Shown here: one piece after another, positions 35,989 through 45,970 of the stretch
Layout: each line of letters begins with the position of its first letter
Numbering within the stretch: position 1 is the first letter of the stretch
Origin: a virus
Length of the DNA stretch: 64,000 nt
Virus record (IMG/VR): IMGVR_UViG_3300045988_147522
Reading direction: 5' to 3' (one strand)
The notes under the pieces: generated by a model
What the model was told of the DNA's origin: nothing
The model's database searches: none
The model's input: only the letters and a program-made list of their open reading frames with translations
Program-made: the position numbers and the translations under genes

Positions 35989-36197
35989 GAGTCTATCAGT
36001 GTGATAGTTGTAATAAAGTTATCACAAATCCGTACATAGTTAAAATGAAGGAATTTTATGTAAAGATTGATATTGAATACTTTAGTCAGATTGGAAGTCC
36101 TATTGAAAGTAAGAGAAAAATTAAAATACAGCTATGTAATGATTGTTACAAGGGTTTACATCTTATTGCTGAAAAAAAAGAGCGTGATATGGATTGA
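35985..36197 (+). CDS. Small zinc-ribbon-like protein
   Basis: CDSC...CNDC. ATGA overlap with the upstream gene. Confidence 0.5.
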   Translation: MRVYQCDSCNKVITNPYIVKMKEFYVKIDIEYFSQIGSPIESKRKIKIQLCNDCYKGLHLIAEKKERDMD

Positions 36198-36254
36198 CAG
36201 TTAAAGAGATTGACAGATATGAAGTTTAAAAATCAACAAAAAAGGAGAACTTAA

Positions 36255-36503
36255 ATGGCAGAATATCATGTTGGTTGTGGTGCTTTTGGCATATACGCTG
36301 GCACATTAAACCATAAAAACAAACATATGTGGCAAAACAAATCTGAAGTTACAGATGAAGCAATTGGAGCTGTTAGAGATTATATGGTAGATAAATTGTT
36401 GGGTGGATTTTCTTCTTCAAAGCAAATCTCAAGTGGGTATGAATGGGATTTAAAGGATGGTAAAACAGTAGAGTTGCGAATTACAATCAAAAATAAAGAC
36501 TAA
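36255..36503 (+). CDS. Hypothetical protein
   Basis: SD aaaggaga. Confidence 0.5.
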   Translation: MAEYHVGCGAFGIYAGTLNHKNKHMWQNKSEVTDEAIGAVRDYMVDKLLGGFSSSKQISSGYEWDLKDGKTVELRITIKNKD

Positions 36504-36586
36504 TACAGGGTTCAAGGTAACAATAAAAGGAGGTGATGCGTATGCTTTGAATTTACTGATAGTAAAAAATAAATAGGAGGAATTGA

Positions 36587-37297
36587 ATGAAGCAATTTGC
36601 AAAAACAGTGTATGTTAGCCACAAATACGGTGGTGACAAAAATAACCTCAAAGAGGTTGAAGAAATAATTAAAACACAACAAAAGAAACATCCGAATTAT
36701 ATGTTTATTTCACCGTTACATATGTTCAGCTTTCTGTATGACGATATGTCTTATGAAGATGGGCTTGAACTTTGCCTATATCAGCTTGCCGAGTGTGATG
36801 AAATATGGGTAACAGGCGAAAAATGGTACGATTCGACAGGTGTTATTAAGGAAATTGAGTACGCAAACGCACATAAAATTGATGTTTTATTCGTAAAAAA
36901 TGCAGAAGATAATCCGCACAAAGTTGAAGGTTATGATTATGTCAAAGGTTTGATTGATGGAATAAAGACAAACAAAGTTAGTAGCGATAAGACACCTGTA
37001 CCAGTAGCACCAGTTATACATAAATATAACAATGGATGCGAGAACACTAAAAGTGCATACATAAATGAGGACAATATTATTCGTACATATATAGCTCGTA
37101 ATGTTGTTGATCCTTTTGCAGGGAATTTTATGAATATACGTAGTGTGCAGATTCTCACCAAATGTCCTTTCTGCAAATCTGTAAATAAAATCACACTTAA
37201 GGATAGAAGTCCAGTAAGCATACCTTGTAACAATTGTCATAACTTGCTTGACTTTAGTCATCTTATATTTGGTGATATTCTCAGGAAGAATGGGTGA
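36587..37297 (+). CDS. DUF1937/DUF4406-like (nucleoside 2-deoxyribosyltransferase-like fold) protein with C-terminal zinc ribbon
   Basis: FISPLHMF...LAECDEIWVTGEKWYDSTGVIKEIEYA pattern. C-terminal CPFC...CNNC. Confidence 0.4.
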   Translation: MKQFAKTVYVSHKYGGDKNNLKEVEEIIKTQQKKHPNYMFISPLHMFSFLYDDMSYEDGLELCLYQLAECDEIWVTGEKWYDSTGVIKEIEYANAHKIDVLFVKNAEDNPHKVEGYDYVKGLIDGIKTNKVSSDKTPVPVAPVIHKYNNGCENTKSAYINEDNIIRTYIARNVVDPFAGNFMNIRSVQILTKCPFCKSVNKITLKDRSPVSIPCNNCHNLLDFSHLIFGDILRKNG

Positions 37298-39400
37298 CAG
37301 GTATGAAAGTAATTAAACGAGATGGTCGAGAAGTTGATTTTGACCGCAATAAGATTATTTCTGCAATTGGAAAAGCAAACAGTGAATCCCATGTAAACCA
37401 CGAAAAAACATTGTCTGATGATGAAATTAAAAATATTGCTACAAGAATTTATGTCAAGCTCAGACGAAGTAAGAGAATTTACTCAGTTGAAGATATACAG
37501 GACTTAATTGAAGAATACATAGATAAATACGGCTGTTTTTCTTTGGCAAAAAGATACACACTTTACCGATACAAGCAGAGTTTAATCCGTAAGAAGAACA
37601 CTACTGATGATGCAATCCTTTCACTGATTGATTTAAGCAACGAAAACATCAAACAGGAAAACTCAAATAAAAACCCCACTATCATTCCTACACAGCGTGA
37701 CTATATGGCTGGTGAGGTCAGTAAGGATTTGACTGATAGAGTTTTACTTCCTCAAGATATTGTTGAGGCTGACAGAGAAGGAATTATTCATTTCCACGAC
37801 AAGGATTATTTTGCACAACATACTTATAATTGCTGCTTATGTAATCTTGATGATATGCTCCAGAACGGAACGGTTATCAGTGGCACTATGATTGAGAAAC
37901 CACACAGTTTTTCAACGGCTTGTACAATTGCAACACAGATTATAGCTCAGGTCGCCAGCAGTCAATATGGTGGACAGAGTATCAGTCTTACTGCTCTCGC
38001 ACCGTTTGTGGATATTAGCCGACAGCACATTAAAGATGGGTTGAGAAGAGAATGGAGTCAGTGTGGATTTGAAACTGACGAAAATAAGATTGCCGAGATA
38101 GCCGAAGAAAGACTTCGGAAGGAAATTAACAAAGGTGTTCAGACAATCCAATATCAAGTAGAAACACTTTTAACAACTAATGGACAAGCTCCTTTCATCA
38201 CAGTGTTTATGTATCTTAATGAAGCTAACAATGAGCAAGAGAAACACGACCTCGCTATGATTATCGAAGAAACACTTAATCAAAGGTATGAAGGTGTAAA
38301 AAATGAAAAGGGTGTATGGATTACACCTGCGTTTCCAAAGCTTATTTATGTGCTTGAGGAGGATAACATAACAGAGAACAGCAAGTATTGGTATTTAACA
38401 AAATTAGCTGCAAAGTGCTCGGCTAAAAGGCTTGTTCCAGATTATATATCCGAAAAGGTGATGAAAAAGCTAAAAGAAGGAAATTGTTTCCCTTCGATGG
38501 GTTGTAGAAGCTTTTTATCACCGTACAAAGAAAATGGTGAATACAAATTTTATGGCAGATTCAACAAAGGCGTAGTTACAATCAATCTTGTTGATGTAGC
38601 CTTATCGTCAGGTAAAGATAAAGAGAAGTTTTGGAAGATTTTCGATGAGAGATTGGAGTTGTGTCATAAAGCCCTCTTGTGCAGATATGAGAGGTTGAAA
38701 GGAACAGTGTCGGATGTAGCTCCGATTATTTGGCAACACGGTGCATTAGCAAGACTTCAGAAAGGTGAAACCATTGATAAGTTACTTGTTGGTGGTTATT
38801 CGTCAATATCACTTGGCTATGCAGGATTGTATGAGTGTGTAAAGTATATGACAGGCAAATCTCATACAGATCCGGAAGTAACACCGTTCGCACTTGATAT
38901 TATGAGATATATGAACAAAAAGTGTGATAAATGGAATGAGCAACTTGATTTAGGTTTTTCGCTGTATGGTTCTCCAATTGAAAGCACAACTTATAAATTT
39001 GCAAAATGTTTACAGCGAAGATTTGGTATTATCGAAGGTATTACAGATAAAAACTATATCACAAATAGTTATCATGTAAATGTCAGAGAGCCTATTGACG
39101 CCTTTGCAAAACTGAAACTTGAATCACAATTTCAGGCATTAAGTTTGGGCGGTGCAATTAGTTATATTGAAACTTCTAATTTGCAAAATAACACAGAAGC
39201 TGTCCTGTCTGTTATGCAATTCATCTACGACAATATCATGTATGCTGAGCTCAACACTAAAAGTGATTACTGTCAAGTGTGCGGATATGACGGAGAGATT
39301 GAGGTAATAGAAAATAAAAACGGTAAACTTGTGTGGAAGTGTCCAAACTGTGGCAACACAGATGAAAGTAAATTGAACATCTGTCGGAGAACTTGTGGGT
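37294..39400 (+). CDS. nrdD: Anaerobic ribonucleoside-triphosphate reductase, exon 1
   Basis: N-terminal ATP-cone-like VIKRDGREVDFDRNKI. Zinc site CQVCGY...CPNCG. Ends ...RRTCG plus the first nt of a Tyr codon. Alternative ATG start at 37303. Confidence 0.85.
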
Positions 39401-40166
39401 TTGCTATAAGCCCACTTTAAACCGAATAAACTGCGGGGAAGTCCCCATAACCTTAATGGCTACAACATAGCTGGAAACGGCAAGTGTGAATGCGGTATAG
39501 GATTAAATCTGTCAGTCCGATAGGATAGAAACCATAAAAACATTAAGCAAGGGATTACCGAGTGTGCAAGTCACTCTTACGCAACGAAACTCCTTAACAG
39601 GCAATGCTGATGGAGGACGCTCAACGACTATAATTTCGGGGAATTGTTTCTTGCTTATATAAAAAGAGAAAAAGAGGGGCGTAGTAAATAATAAAAGAAA
39701 TTAATGATTATACGGGGTATTTTATTTCCGATACTGGAGAAGTATTTTGCAATTTAGGAAGGGGAAATCGAAATAGAGGAAAAATTATTCCTTTGTATAA
39801 GCTAAAACCTCGCATGACAACGAATGGATATGCTCGCATTTGTGCCAGACAAAATTCTACTGGCAAAAGAAAAGATTTATATATTCATCGACTTGTGGCA
39901 GAGAATTTTATCCCAAATCCTCATCATAAACAATATGTTAATCACAAAAACACTATTCGTAATGATAATCGAGTAGAAAACCTCGAATGGTGTACAGCAA
40001 AAGAAAACACTGAATATACATTACAAGTCAATCATGTTATAAGAAACCCTAACAACGGACAATATATCAGTAATTATACATACAAAGCATAAATTAAGTT
40101 GAAGAAACAATGAGATTGTATAGTCTACTCCCCTAATAAATATCGGGAAACCGAGGGTATAAAAGG
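39401..40166 (+). mobile_element. Group I self-splicing intron with internal HNH homing-endonuclease ORF
   Basis: P1: exon gtgggt (39395-39400) pairs with gcccac (39410-39415), with U.G at the splice site. P10: ctata (39404-39408) pairs with exon-2 tatag (40168-40172). The intron ends in G40166. Splicing restores RRTCG-Y-IGTNFWNQGRTQEIKERYVHL. Confidence 0.8.
39688..40092 (+). CDS. HNH homing endonuclease (NUMOD4-like N-terminus plus HNH_3-like core); probable ATA/ATT start
   Basis: HRLVAENFIPNP...VNHKN.IRNDNRVENLEWCTAKEN. The frame is open from 39688 and encodes YTGYFISDTGEVF upstream of the track TTG at 39793. SD aagagggg precedes 39688. Confidence 0.65.
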   Translation: MIKEINDYTGYFISDTGEVFCNLGRGNRNRGKIIPLYKLKPRMTTNGYARICARQNSTGKRKDLYIHRLVAENFIPNPHHKQYVNHKNTIRNDNRVENLEWCTAKENTEYTLQVNHVIRNPNNGQYISNYTYKA

Positions 40167-40246
40167 ATATAGGAACTAACTTCTGGAATCAAGGAAGAAC
40201 ACAAGAAATCAAAGAAAGATATGTGCACTTGGGTGGTAACGAGTGA
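40167..40246 (+). CDS. nrdD: Anaerobic ribonucleotide reductase, exon 2 (glycyl-radical C-terminus)
   Basis: (Y)IGTNFWNQGRTQEIKERYVHLGGNE* is in phase with exon 1 (2107 nt = 702 codons plus 1 nt). Confidence 0.8.
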
Positions 40247-40743
40247 ATTACATCAAAATCACTAAACACGATATCGCCAATGGAATCGGAATCAGAGTTG
40301 TACTATGGGTAAGCGGTTGTACCGTTCATTGTTACAACTGTCACAATCCTTCGACTTGGGATTTTACAGCCGGACAACCATTTACTAATGGCACTATGGC
40401 TGAATTACTTGAAGCGTTAAGTCCTGATTATATATCGGGGCTAACGCTCTCAGGTGGGCATCCATTGGAGCAAGTAAATCAACAACAAATATCTAATATT
40501 GTAAAAACGGTCAAGACCAAATTACCAAGCAAAACAATATGGCTATATACAGGTTATACATATGAACAGATATTGAAATCTAAGTTTATTGTAAACAAAA
40601 TCTTACCTTATATAGATATTCTTGTTGACGGTAAATATGATGAGTCGCAAAGAGATATTTCTCTTGCTTGGTGTGGCTCAAGAAACCAAAGGGTAATCAA
40701 AGTTCAAGAAAGTTTGAAATCAGAACAAGTAGTAACACTATAA
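40243..40743 (+). CDS. nrdG: Anaerobic RNR activating radical-SAM enzyme
   Basis: GIGIRVVLWVSGCTVHCYNCHN (CxxxCxxC). GTG start overlaps the nrdD stop. Confidence 0.85.
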   Translation: MNYIKITKHDIANGIGIRVVLWVSGCTVHCYNCHNPSTWDFTAGQPFTNGTMAELLEALSPDYISGLTLSGGHPLEQVNQQQISNIVKTVKTKLPSKTIWLYTGYTYEQILKSKFIVNKILPYIDILVDGKYDESQRDISLAWCGSRNQRVIKVQESLKSEQVVTL

Positions 40744-40762
40744 GGAGATGATATTTTAGAAT

Positions 40763-41233
40763 ATGGCTACCGCAAATAATTTTCCTATCTCTAAGGAAAA
40801 TATAGGAAAGTATTGTGATACACTAATTGCTCTTAGACATCATTTAGAAATATTGCAACTTTACTCAGAAAGATATTGTGAGCTTAAATCACAATTCAAT
40901 TCATATTATGGGCAAATTGATGATTTATTACATCAAATTTCTTTAGAAAATACAACTGATAGTCAAAAAGCGATCTTGATTGATAAACTGTGTGAAGTAA
41001 AGGCGGAGCAAGCAATAATAAAAGATTTTATGGAAGTGTTTACTCCTATAAAGGAGTGGTATTCTATTCATTATTGTGAACTTGATAGTTTTAAATCAGT
41101 AGTCGATAAAATAATAAAAATCAGAGAAAAACAATCTAAAAGGCACTATGTCCAAAGAACCAATGTTGTGAAAGAGACATTGGGGAGAGAGTCACAAATT
41201 ATTAAAGGAGATGACGAAAATCAAAACAGCTAA
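40763..41233 (+). CDS. Hypothetical coiled-coil protein (tandem paralog A)
   Basis: C-terminus KQSKRHYVQRTNVVKETL resembles the next ORF. Confidence 0.5.
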   Translation: MATANNFPISKENIGKYCDTLIALRHHLEILQLYSERYCELKSQFNSYYGQIDDLLHQISLENTTDSQKAILIDKLCEVKAEQAIIKDFMEVFTPIKEWYSIHYCELDSFKSVVDKIIKIREKQSKRHYVQRTNVVKETLGRESQIIKGDDENQNS

Positions 41234-41594
41234 AGAGTTAGAAGATACAATCAATTTTTTTACACAAACAACAGAAGATTATCAAAACAATACTGAAAAC
41301 GAATCATTACACGACTACGAAACACAAGATATCTTACATAAACTTGAACTTGAAGATGTGTCGTATCACGACACTGCCAAACTTGGAAAAACCCTAATGA
41401 AAGTTAGAGAGAACCGTAGAAAAGCAAAAGATAGTGTAGAACTTAACGCTCCATTAGCAGAATGGATTCAGTCACATTCTGATGTGTTGAAATCATTACA
41501 GAAAGTTCTTGGAGAGACCAGAAAAATTGAGGACAAACAGCGTAGAAGAATGTATGTCCCAAGAACGAAGATTGTCGAGGAGGTAATTCATTGA
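41211..41594 (+). CDS. Hypothetical coiled-coil protein (tandem paralog B)
   Basis: C-terminus KQRRRMYVPRTKIVEEVI. Confidence 0.5.
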   Translation: MTKIKTAKELEDTINFFTQTTEDYQNNTENESLHDYETQDILHKLELEDVSYHDTAKLGKTLMKVRENRRKAKDSVELNAPLAEWIQSHSDVLKSLQKVLGETRKIEDKQRRRMYVPRTKIVEEVIH

Positions 41595-41911
41595 TAAATA
41601 CAGGGTGGGCATTTAAGCCTAATGAGAATGAACTTCACGAAGAAAATCTTGCAATACATAAGAAACTTGCACCGAAAGCAAAATTGATTTGGCTGAACTT
41701 TTACACAAAGAAGTATGATGTTACACAAGATGATTTGCAGAATTATATGTGTTACACGCAGAAGGGATATGGTTACGGTAACATTACATACAAGGTGTTA
41801 AGTAATCCGTTCAATTTCACAGAAGATGAACAGGCTCTGATTTGCGATGGTGGCAATCTTTGTTTTGGTTATCGTAAATTGGGCAACTTAATTACGATTT
41901 ATACAGATTAA
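41591..41911 (+). CDS. Hypothetical protein
   Basis: TTG start 7 nt after gaggagg. Confidence 0.5.
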   Translation: MINTGWAFKPNENELHEENLAIHKKLAPKAKLIWLNFYTKKYDVTQDDLQNYMCYTQKGYGYGNITYKVLSNPFNFTEDEQALICDGGNLCFGYRKLGNLITIYTD

Positions 41912-41923
41912 GGAGAATGATAA

Positions 41924-42262
41924 ATGAACATTGTACAAGTAAGACACATACAGGACAAAAACGCAAAAAGATATACATACAAAGTCCCAGATAATGAATC
42001 TCTTAATAAAGGAGATATGGTTCTAACACGAAATGTTAATGGTAAAGAGAGTGTTGCGATTTGTGTTACAGATAGCGAAAACCTTTCGACTAATGCCATT
42101 GATATGATTATGTGTGGTGCTGAAGTGCTGAGTGAAGTTATTGGCGAGTATAAGTTTTATAAATTTGAGACTAATGACGCAATCCACAAGGAAGATATAT
42201 CAGTACACAACAATCCAGCATTACTTATACATGCAACTCCATTGCCAATTAAGGAGGCATAA
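41924..42262 (+). CDS. Hypothetical protein
   Basis: SD aaggaga. Confidence 0.5.
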   Translation: MNIVQVRHIQDKNAKRYTYKVPDNESLNKGDMVLTRNVNGKESVAICVTDSENLSTNAIDMIMCGAEVLSEVIGEYKFYKFETNDAIHKEDISVHNNPALLIHATPLPIKEA

Positions 42263-42301
42263 AAATGACAAATAAAACACGAGTTTTACAGGGGTGATGT
42301 A

Positions 42302-42754
42302 ATGCTTTCAAAACCACATTTCGGTTGGACAGATATTACAATTGGCGATTGGGCAGGCAAATTGAGTTATATAGACGATGTTTCTGTAGTTCTACTGAAT
42401 GCCTTCTACAATGTTTTTAGCAATCAAAAACCCGAAGTTGTATGTTTCGATGCCGAAGGTATCAACTATTGGATTGTGTTTGATTTATTTGACACAATTA
42501 TCGTAACCGAAGATGAAAATTGTCAATACAGTGTAAGTCATCAAGATATCAATATTAAAGAATTGTCTCTGGAACTTTGCAACGATATCCACACTAATTT
42601 AGAAGAATGGGCACATTGGACAGCAGAATATGATTATAACGGTTCTGTCGATTCCGATCATTTCAATCAGTATAAGAAGAGATTATGTTATGATGTTTTT
42701 AACCTATTAGACATCTTGAATAACAAAGATGATGTAACTGAGATTGTTTGTTGA
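42302..42754 (+). CDS. Hypothetical protein
   Basis: SD ggggtg. Confidence 0.5.
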   Translation: MLSKPHFGWTDITIGDWAGKLSYIDDVSVVLLNAFYNVFSNQKPEVVCFDAEGINYWIVFDLFDTIIVTEDENCQYSVSHQDINIKELSLELCNDIHTNLEEWAHWTAEYDYNGSVDSDHFNQYKKRLCYDVFNLLDILNNKDDVTEIVC

Positions 42755-42773
42755 AGAAGGTGAAAATACAACA

Positions 42774-42977
42774 ATGAAAATCATCAAACAAGGTAAATCT
42801 GAGTTGCAAATCAAACCATCAAAACCAAATACAATATCCTGTTCAGAATGTGGATGTGTATTTCAATATTGCGATTATGACATACATTATGCCACAAGCA
42901 TAAGTCACGACTGGGAGTGCTGGGAGGAATGGCTTGTTTGTCCTTGGTGTAACATAGAAATTTATGGAATTTTTTAA
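42774..42977 (+). CDS. Small zinc-ribbon protein (paralog 2 of 4)
   Basis: MKIIKQGK...CSECGC...CPWC. Confidence 0.55.
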   Translation: MKIIKQGKSELQIKPSKPNTISCSECGCVFQYCDYDIHYATSISHDWECWEEWLVCPWCNIEIYGIF

Positions 42978-43054
42978 TGTGGACATGAAATTCAAGAATA
43001 TTTTTAAAAGAAAGATTTTAATATGTTGCAAATGCAACGAAAGGAAAGGTCGTA

Positions 43055-43237
43055 ATGACACACAAGAGACTTAGAAAGCTTTTACAAGCAACAGGTATAC
43101 AAAGAAACAATGTAGAAGATGTTATTCGCAAATACCGAGAAGATTATTTTTATACAACAAATGAAGATGTTTACAATCGCTATTGTGTGCGTGAACTGTT
43201 TAGTGTGGTAGTTGAATTTGCAAACAGGAGCGAATGA
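43055..43237 (+). CDS. Hypothetical protein
   Basis: SD gaaaggaaagg. Confidence 0.5.
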   Translation: MTHKRLRKLLQATGIQRNNVEDVIRKYREDYFYTTNEDVYNRYCVRELFSVVVEFANRSE

Positions 43238-43238
43238 A

Positions 43239-43427
43239 ATGATTCAAATTATTAGACAAGGTAATTTAAAAGAACCTGTATTTAGATTTGTTTGTCGCAA
43301 TTGCGGGTGTGTATTTGAAGCCGACAGAGAAAGCTATAAACAATGTTTTACATCATATAATACATTTATTTTTTCGGCAAATTGTCCTTGTTGTAAAACT
43401 AATGTGAGCTATGAAGAATCATTGTAA
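43239..43427 (+). CDS. Small zinc-ribbon protein (paralog 3 of 4)
   Basis: MIQIIRQGN...CRNCGC...CPCC. SD caggag. Confidence 0.6.
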   Translation: MIQIIRQGNLKEPVFRFVCRNCGCVFEADRESYKQCFTSYNTFIFSANCPCCKTNVSYEESL

Positions 43428-43489
43428 CAGATAGGAGATATATGACACAGAAGGAGTATGACAATGATAATAATGGCAAGGAGTATTAA

Positions 43490-43690
43490 ATGATTCAAGT
43501 TCTCAGAGAAGGCGATCTTAAATCACCAATAATTAGATTTAATTGTCTTAGATGTAAGTGTGTTTTTGACGCAGATAAGGATGACTACAAACTGATAGCA
43601 ACTTCAGGTGGCTTAGCATGTATAACAGATTGTCCGCATTGTCACAAAAGAGTGGCTCATATGATGACAACAGATAGGAGATATATATGA
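43490..43690 (+). CDS. Small zinc-ribbon protein (paralog 4 of 4)
   Basis: MIQVLREGD...CLRCKC...CPHC. Confidence 0.6.
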   Translation: MIQVLREGDLKSPIIRFNCLRCKCVFDADKDDYKLIATSGGLACITDCPHCHKRVAHMMTTDRRYI

Positions 43691-44067
43691 TTTACTATTT
43701 AACAGATAGAACTCTTGCAAGAGCAATTAAGCGTTGCAGTAATGAAAATTACAACTACCTTATTGTCCTTAAAGATAACAAAGATTTTGACGACATGTCT
43801 GTTTCGATTCTCGAACAGGCGATTATGAGCGATACATACTGGGGCACTTCGTCATATTTAACCTATGACCATATTTCTTTTCAAACAGGCACAATCACCA
43901 TCTATAAAGATTCGTTAATTACAAACGATTTTAGGGGCGTTTATGACGAAATACTCGTTGACGAATTGGTAGAAAATAGCAAATGGGAAATCCTTGCCAA
44001 GCATACAAATAGTCACGGTTCATATAAGGAAAAGTATAAGTCAAAGGAGGAGTTCAGTTTTGCATAA
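43687..44067 (+). CDS. Hypothetical protein
   Basis: ATGA overlap with the upstream gene. Confidence 0.5.
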   Translation: MIYYLTDRTLARAIKRCSNENYNYLIVLKDNKDFDDMSVSILEQAIMSDTYWGTSSYLTYDHISFQTGTITIYKDSLITNDFRGVYDEILVDELVENSKWEILAKHTNSHGSYKEKYKSKEEFSFA

Positions 44068-44302
44068 GGATATTGATTATGAGTCCTTACTTCGTTTTGT
44101 ACAGGACAACCCTAACGCCGGTATATCACTGACAATATCAGAGAATGAATTTGACCAAGTAATTGAAACTATTATATCGGCATTGATTACCAATGAAACA
44201 CCACCAACACAATTAGTTAGTTATTTGGAATATAGAACTCATCATATCTACATTGAATTTGTCAACGAAGCAACGCTTAAAATAAACACAATTGAGGGGT
44301 GA
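44060..44302 (+). CDS. Hypothetical protein
   Basis: TTG start after aaaggaggag. The track ATG at 43994 lies inside the upstream gene. Confidence 0.45.
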   Translation: MHKDIDYESLLRFVQDNPNAGISLTISENEFDQVIETIISALITNETPPTQLVSYLEYRTHHIYIEFVNEATLKINTIEG

Positions 44303-44306
44303 TAAA

Positions 44307-44657
44307 ATGAAAAGAAAACCTATCCCTCAACCAGTAAGATTTAAAGTATATGAAAAATACAACGGACATTGTGCATATTGTGGTTGTGAACTTGAACTAA
44401 AGGATATGCAAGTTGACCATATTGAAAGTATTTATTGGTATAACGGTGCAAATGATATTGAAAACTACAATCCTGCTTGCAGAATGTGTAATTTTTATAA
44501 ATCAACAATGCCTATTGAAGATTTTAGAGGACAGTTAGGCAAACTCACTTCAAGACTCGAAAAGACTTTTATTTATCGTTTAGCGAAAAAATATGGTTTA
44601 ATTCAGGAAGTTGAAAAGCCTGTGAAATTTTATTTTGAAAAGGAGAACAACCAATGA
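44307..44657 (+). CDS. HNH endonuclease (free-standing)
   Basis: GHCAYCGCEL....VDHIESI......N..PACRMCN. Confidence 0.8.
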   Translation: MKRKPIPQPVRFKVYEKYNGHCAYCGCELELKDMQVDHIESIYWYNGANDIENYNPACRMCNFYKSTMPIEDFRGQLGKLTSRLEKTFIYRLAKKYGLIQEVEKPVKFYFEKENNQ

Positions 44658-44884
44658 ACGACTATAAAACCAGACTTTTATCCGAGCACAAAGAAGTCGT
44701 AGATAAAATCAATAAACTGAGGGTATTTCTTAATAAATGGGACAACGGACAACTTTCGTTTATCCCAAGGCTCTCAAGGGCAAACTATTCAAAAACACTT
44801 GAAGCAATGTGTAATTACAAGATGCTTCTTGAAAGTAGAATGCTGATGGACAAAATATCCTTTAAGGAGGTCGAAAATGTTTAA
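44654..44884 (+). CDS. Small helical protein (paralog of 54713-54985)
   Basis: Shared pattern ...L..L..FL..WD...L.F.P..........A M..Y...LE.R. Confidence 0.5.
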   Translation: MNDYKTRLLSEHKEVVDKINKLRVFLNKWDNGQLSFIPRLSRANYSKTLEAMCNYKMLLESRMLMDKISFKEVENV

Positions 44885-45236
44885 ATTTAAGCCATACATA
44901 ACGGTTATTGGGGAAAACGGTTTAACGGTAGATTTTGAGTTGTCACAACTCGGCACCTTTATGGTAAACAATATTGATATTGATAACGGGTTAGTTTGGT
45001 GTAATGAAGTTTATATTGAAACTAAGGCGATTGATTTATCAGTTCTCGAACGCAGAAGTTCTCGTTTTAAGTTATTTGCTAACACTGTTACACAGATTAT
45101 TCTTCATCCTTATAGAGCAAAAAGCAAATCTCTAATCTTACATTTAGACATCGATGCCAGAGTTATACATAATAAAGACACGAACACAATTATTATTTCA
45201 AACTTATCAGATACAAAGGAGGTGGAGAATGGGTAA
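44877..45236 (+). CDS. Hypothetical protein
   Basis: SD ggaggtcg. Confidence 0.5.
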   Translation: MFKFKPYITVIGENGLTVDFELSQLGTFMVNNIDIDNGLVWCNEVYIETKAIDLSVLERRSSRFKLFANTVTQIILHPYRAKSKSLILHLDIDARVIHNKDTNTIIISNLSDTKEVENG

Positions 45237-45897
45237 AATCACAATCTTACCAGAAACAACCATTGATCCAATTTCGTTAATGGGTAGACGAGCAGGTATA
45301 TGTTGGGGAAAAGATATTACAGACAGCGAAAAAAACTACAAACGAGGTCTTGATTGTATTAAATCCAATCACGGTAGAGTGTTTGAATTTGTAAATATTG
45401 AAGCAATTATTGAAGGTTACTCAGCAAGAGTAATTAGGGAATGGTATACACATATTGGCGGCAGTCCTACACGACTTCAAAGTAGCACAAGATATGTCAA
45501 CTACGATAACTTTGAATACATAGTCCCCAAAACAGTACAAACCGAAGAACAGAAAACTTGGTACAACAACGCTATTAACACTATCAGCCAAACACTTAAG
45601 AATCTTGAAGAAAGTGGTGTCAAGAGAGAGGATGCTGCAATGTTACTCCCGTTGGGTATGATTACTAAAATTGTAGATAAGCGAAATGTTAGAAGTGTTA
45701 TCAGTATGGCAGAACAGAGAATGTGTTCGAGAGCGTATTGGGAATATAGAGAACTCTTTAATGAATACATAAAGCAGTTAAGACTCTATTCAGAAGAGTG
45801 GGTAACACTAATTCCTATGGTTATGAAGCCAAAATGTGAGACACTTGGATATTGCCCTGAGAAATACAGTTGTGGAAGAAAACTACAGAAGAAGTGA
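45229..45897 (+). CDS. thyX: Flavin-dependent thymidylate synthase (ThyX-like)
   Basis: HGRVFEF, YSARVIREWYTH....S...QSSTRY (a divergent RHR..S....S.RY motif), RMCSRAYWEYRELF. ATG after aaggaggtgg. Confidence 0.7.
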   Translation: MGKITILPETTIDPISLMGRRAGICWGKDITDSEKNYKRGLDCIKSNHGRVFEFVNIEAIIEGYSARVIREWYTHIGGSPTRLQSSTRYVNYDNFEYIVPKTVQTEEQKTWYNNAINTISQTLKNLEESGVKREDAAMLLPLGMITKIVDKRNVRSVISMAEQRMCSRAYWEYRELFNEYIKQLRLYSEEWVTLIPMVMKPKCETLGYCPEKYSCGRKLQKK

Positions 45898-45970
45898 TAA
45901 ATTGTGGGGAGCAAATATATCCTACTTAATAGTAATCTGTTCCCCAATACATTAATAAAGGAGAGATTAT

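Noticed and set aside
36887-37261. Two long minus-strand ORFs antisense to the DUF1937-like gene
   Set aside because: They have no SD, and they overlap each other as well as a motif-bearing plus-strand gene.
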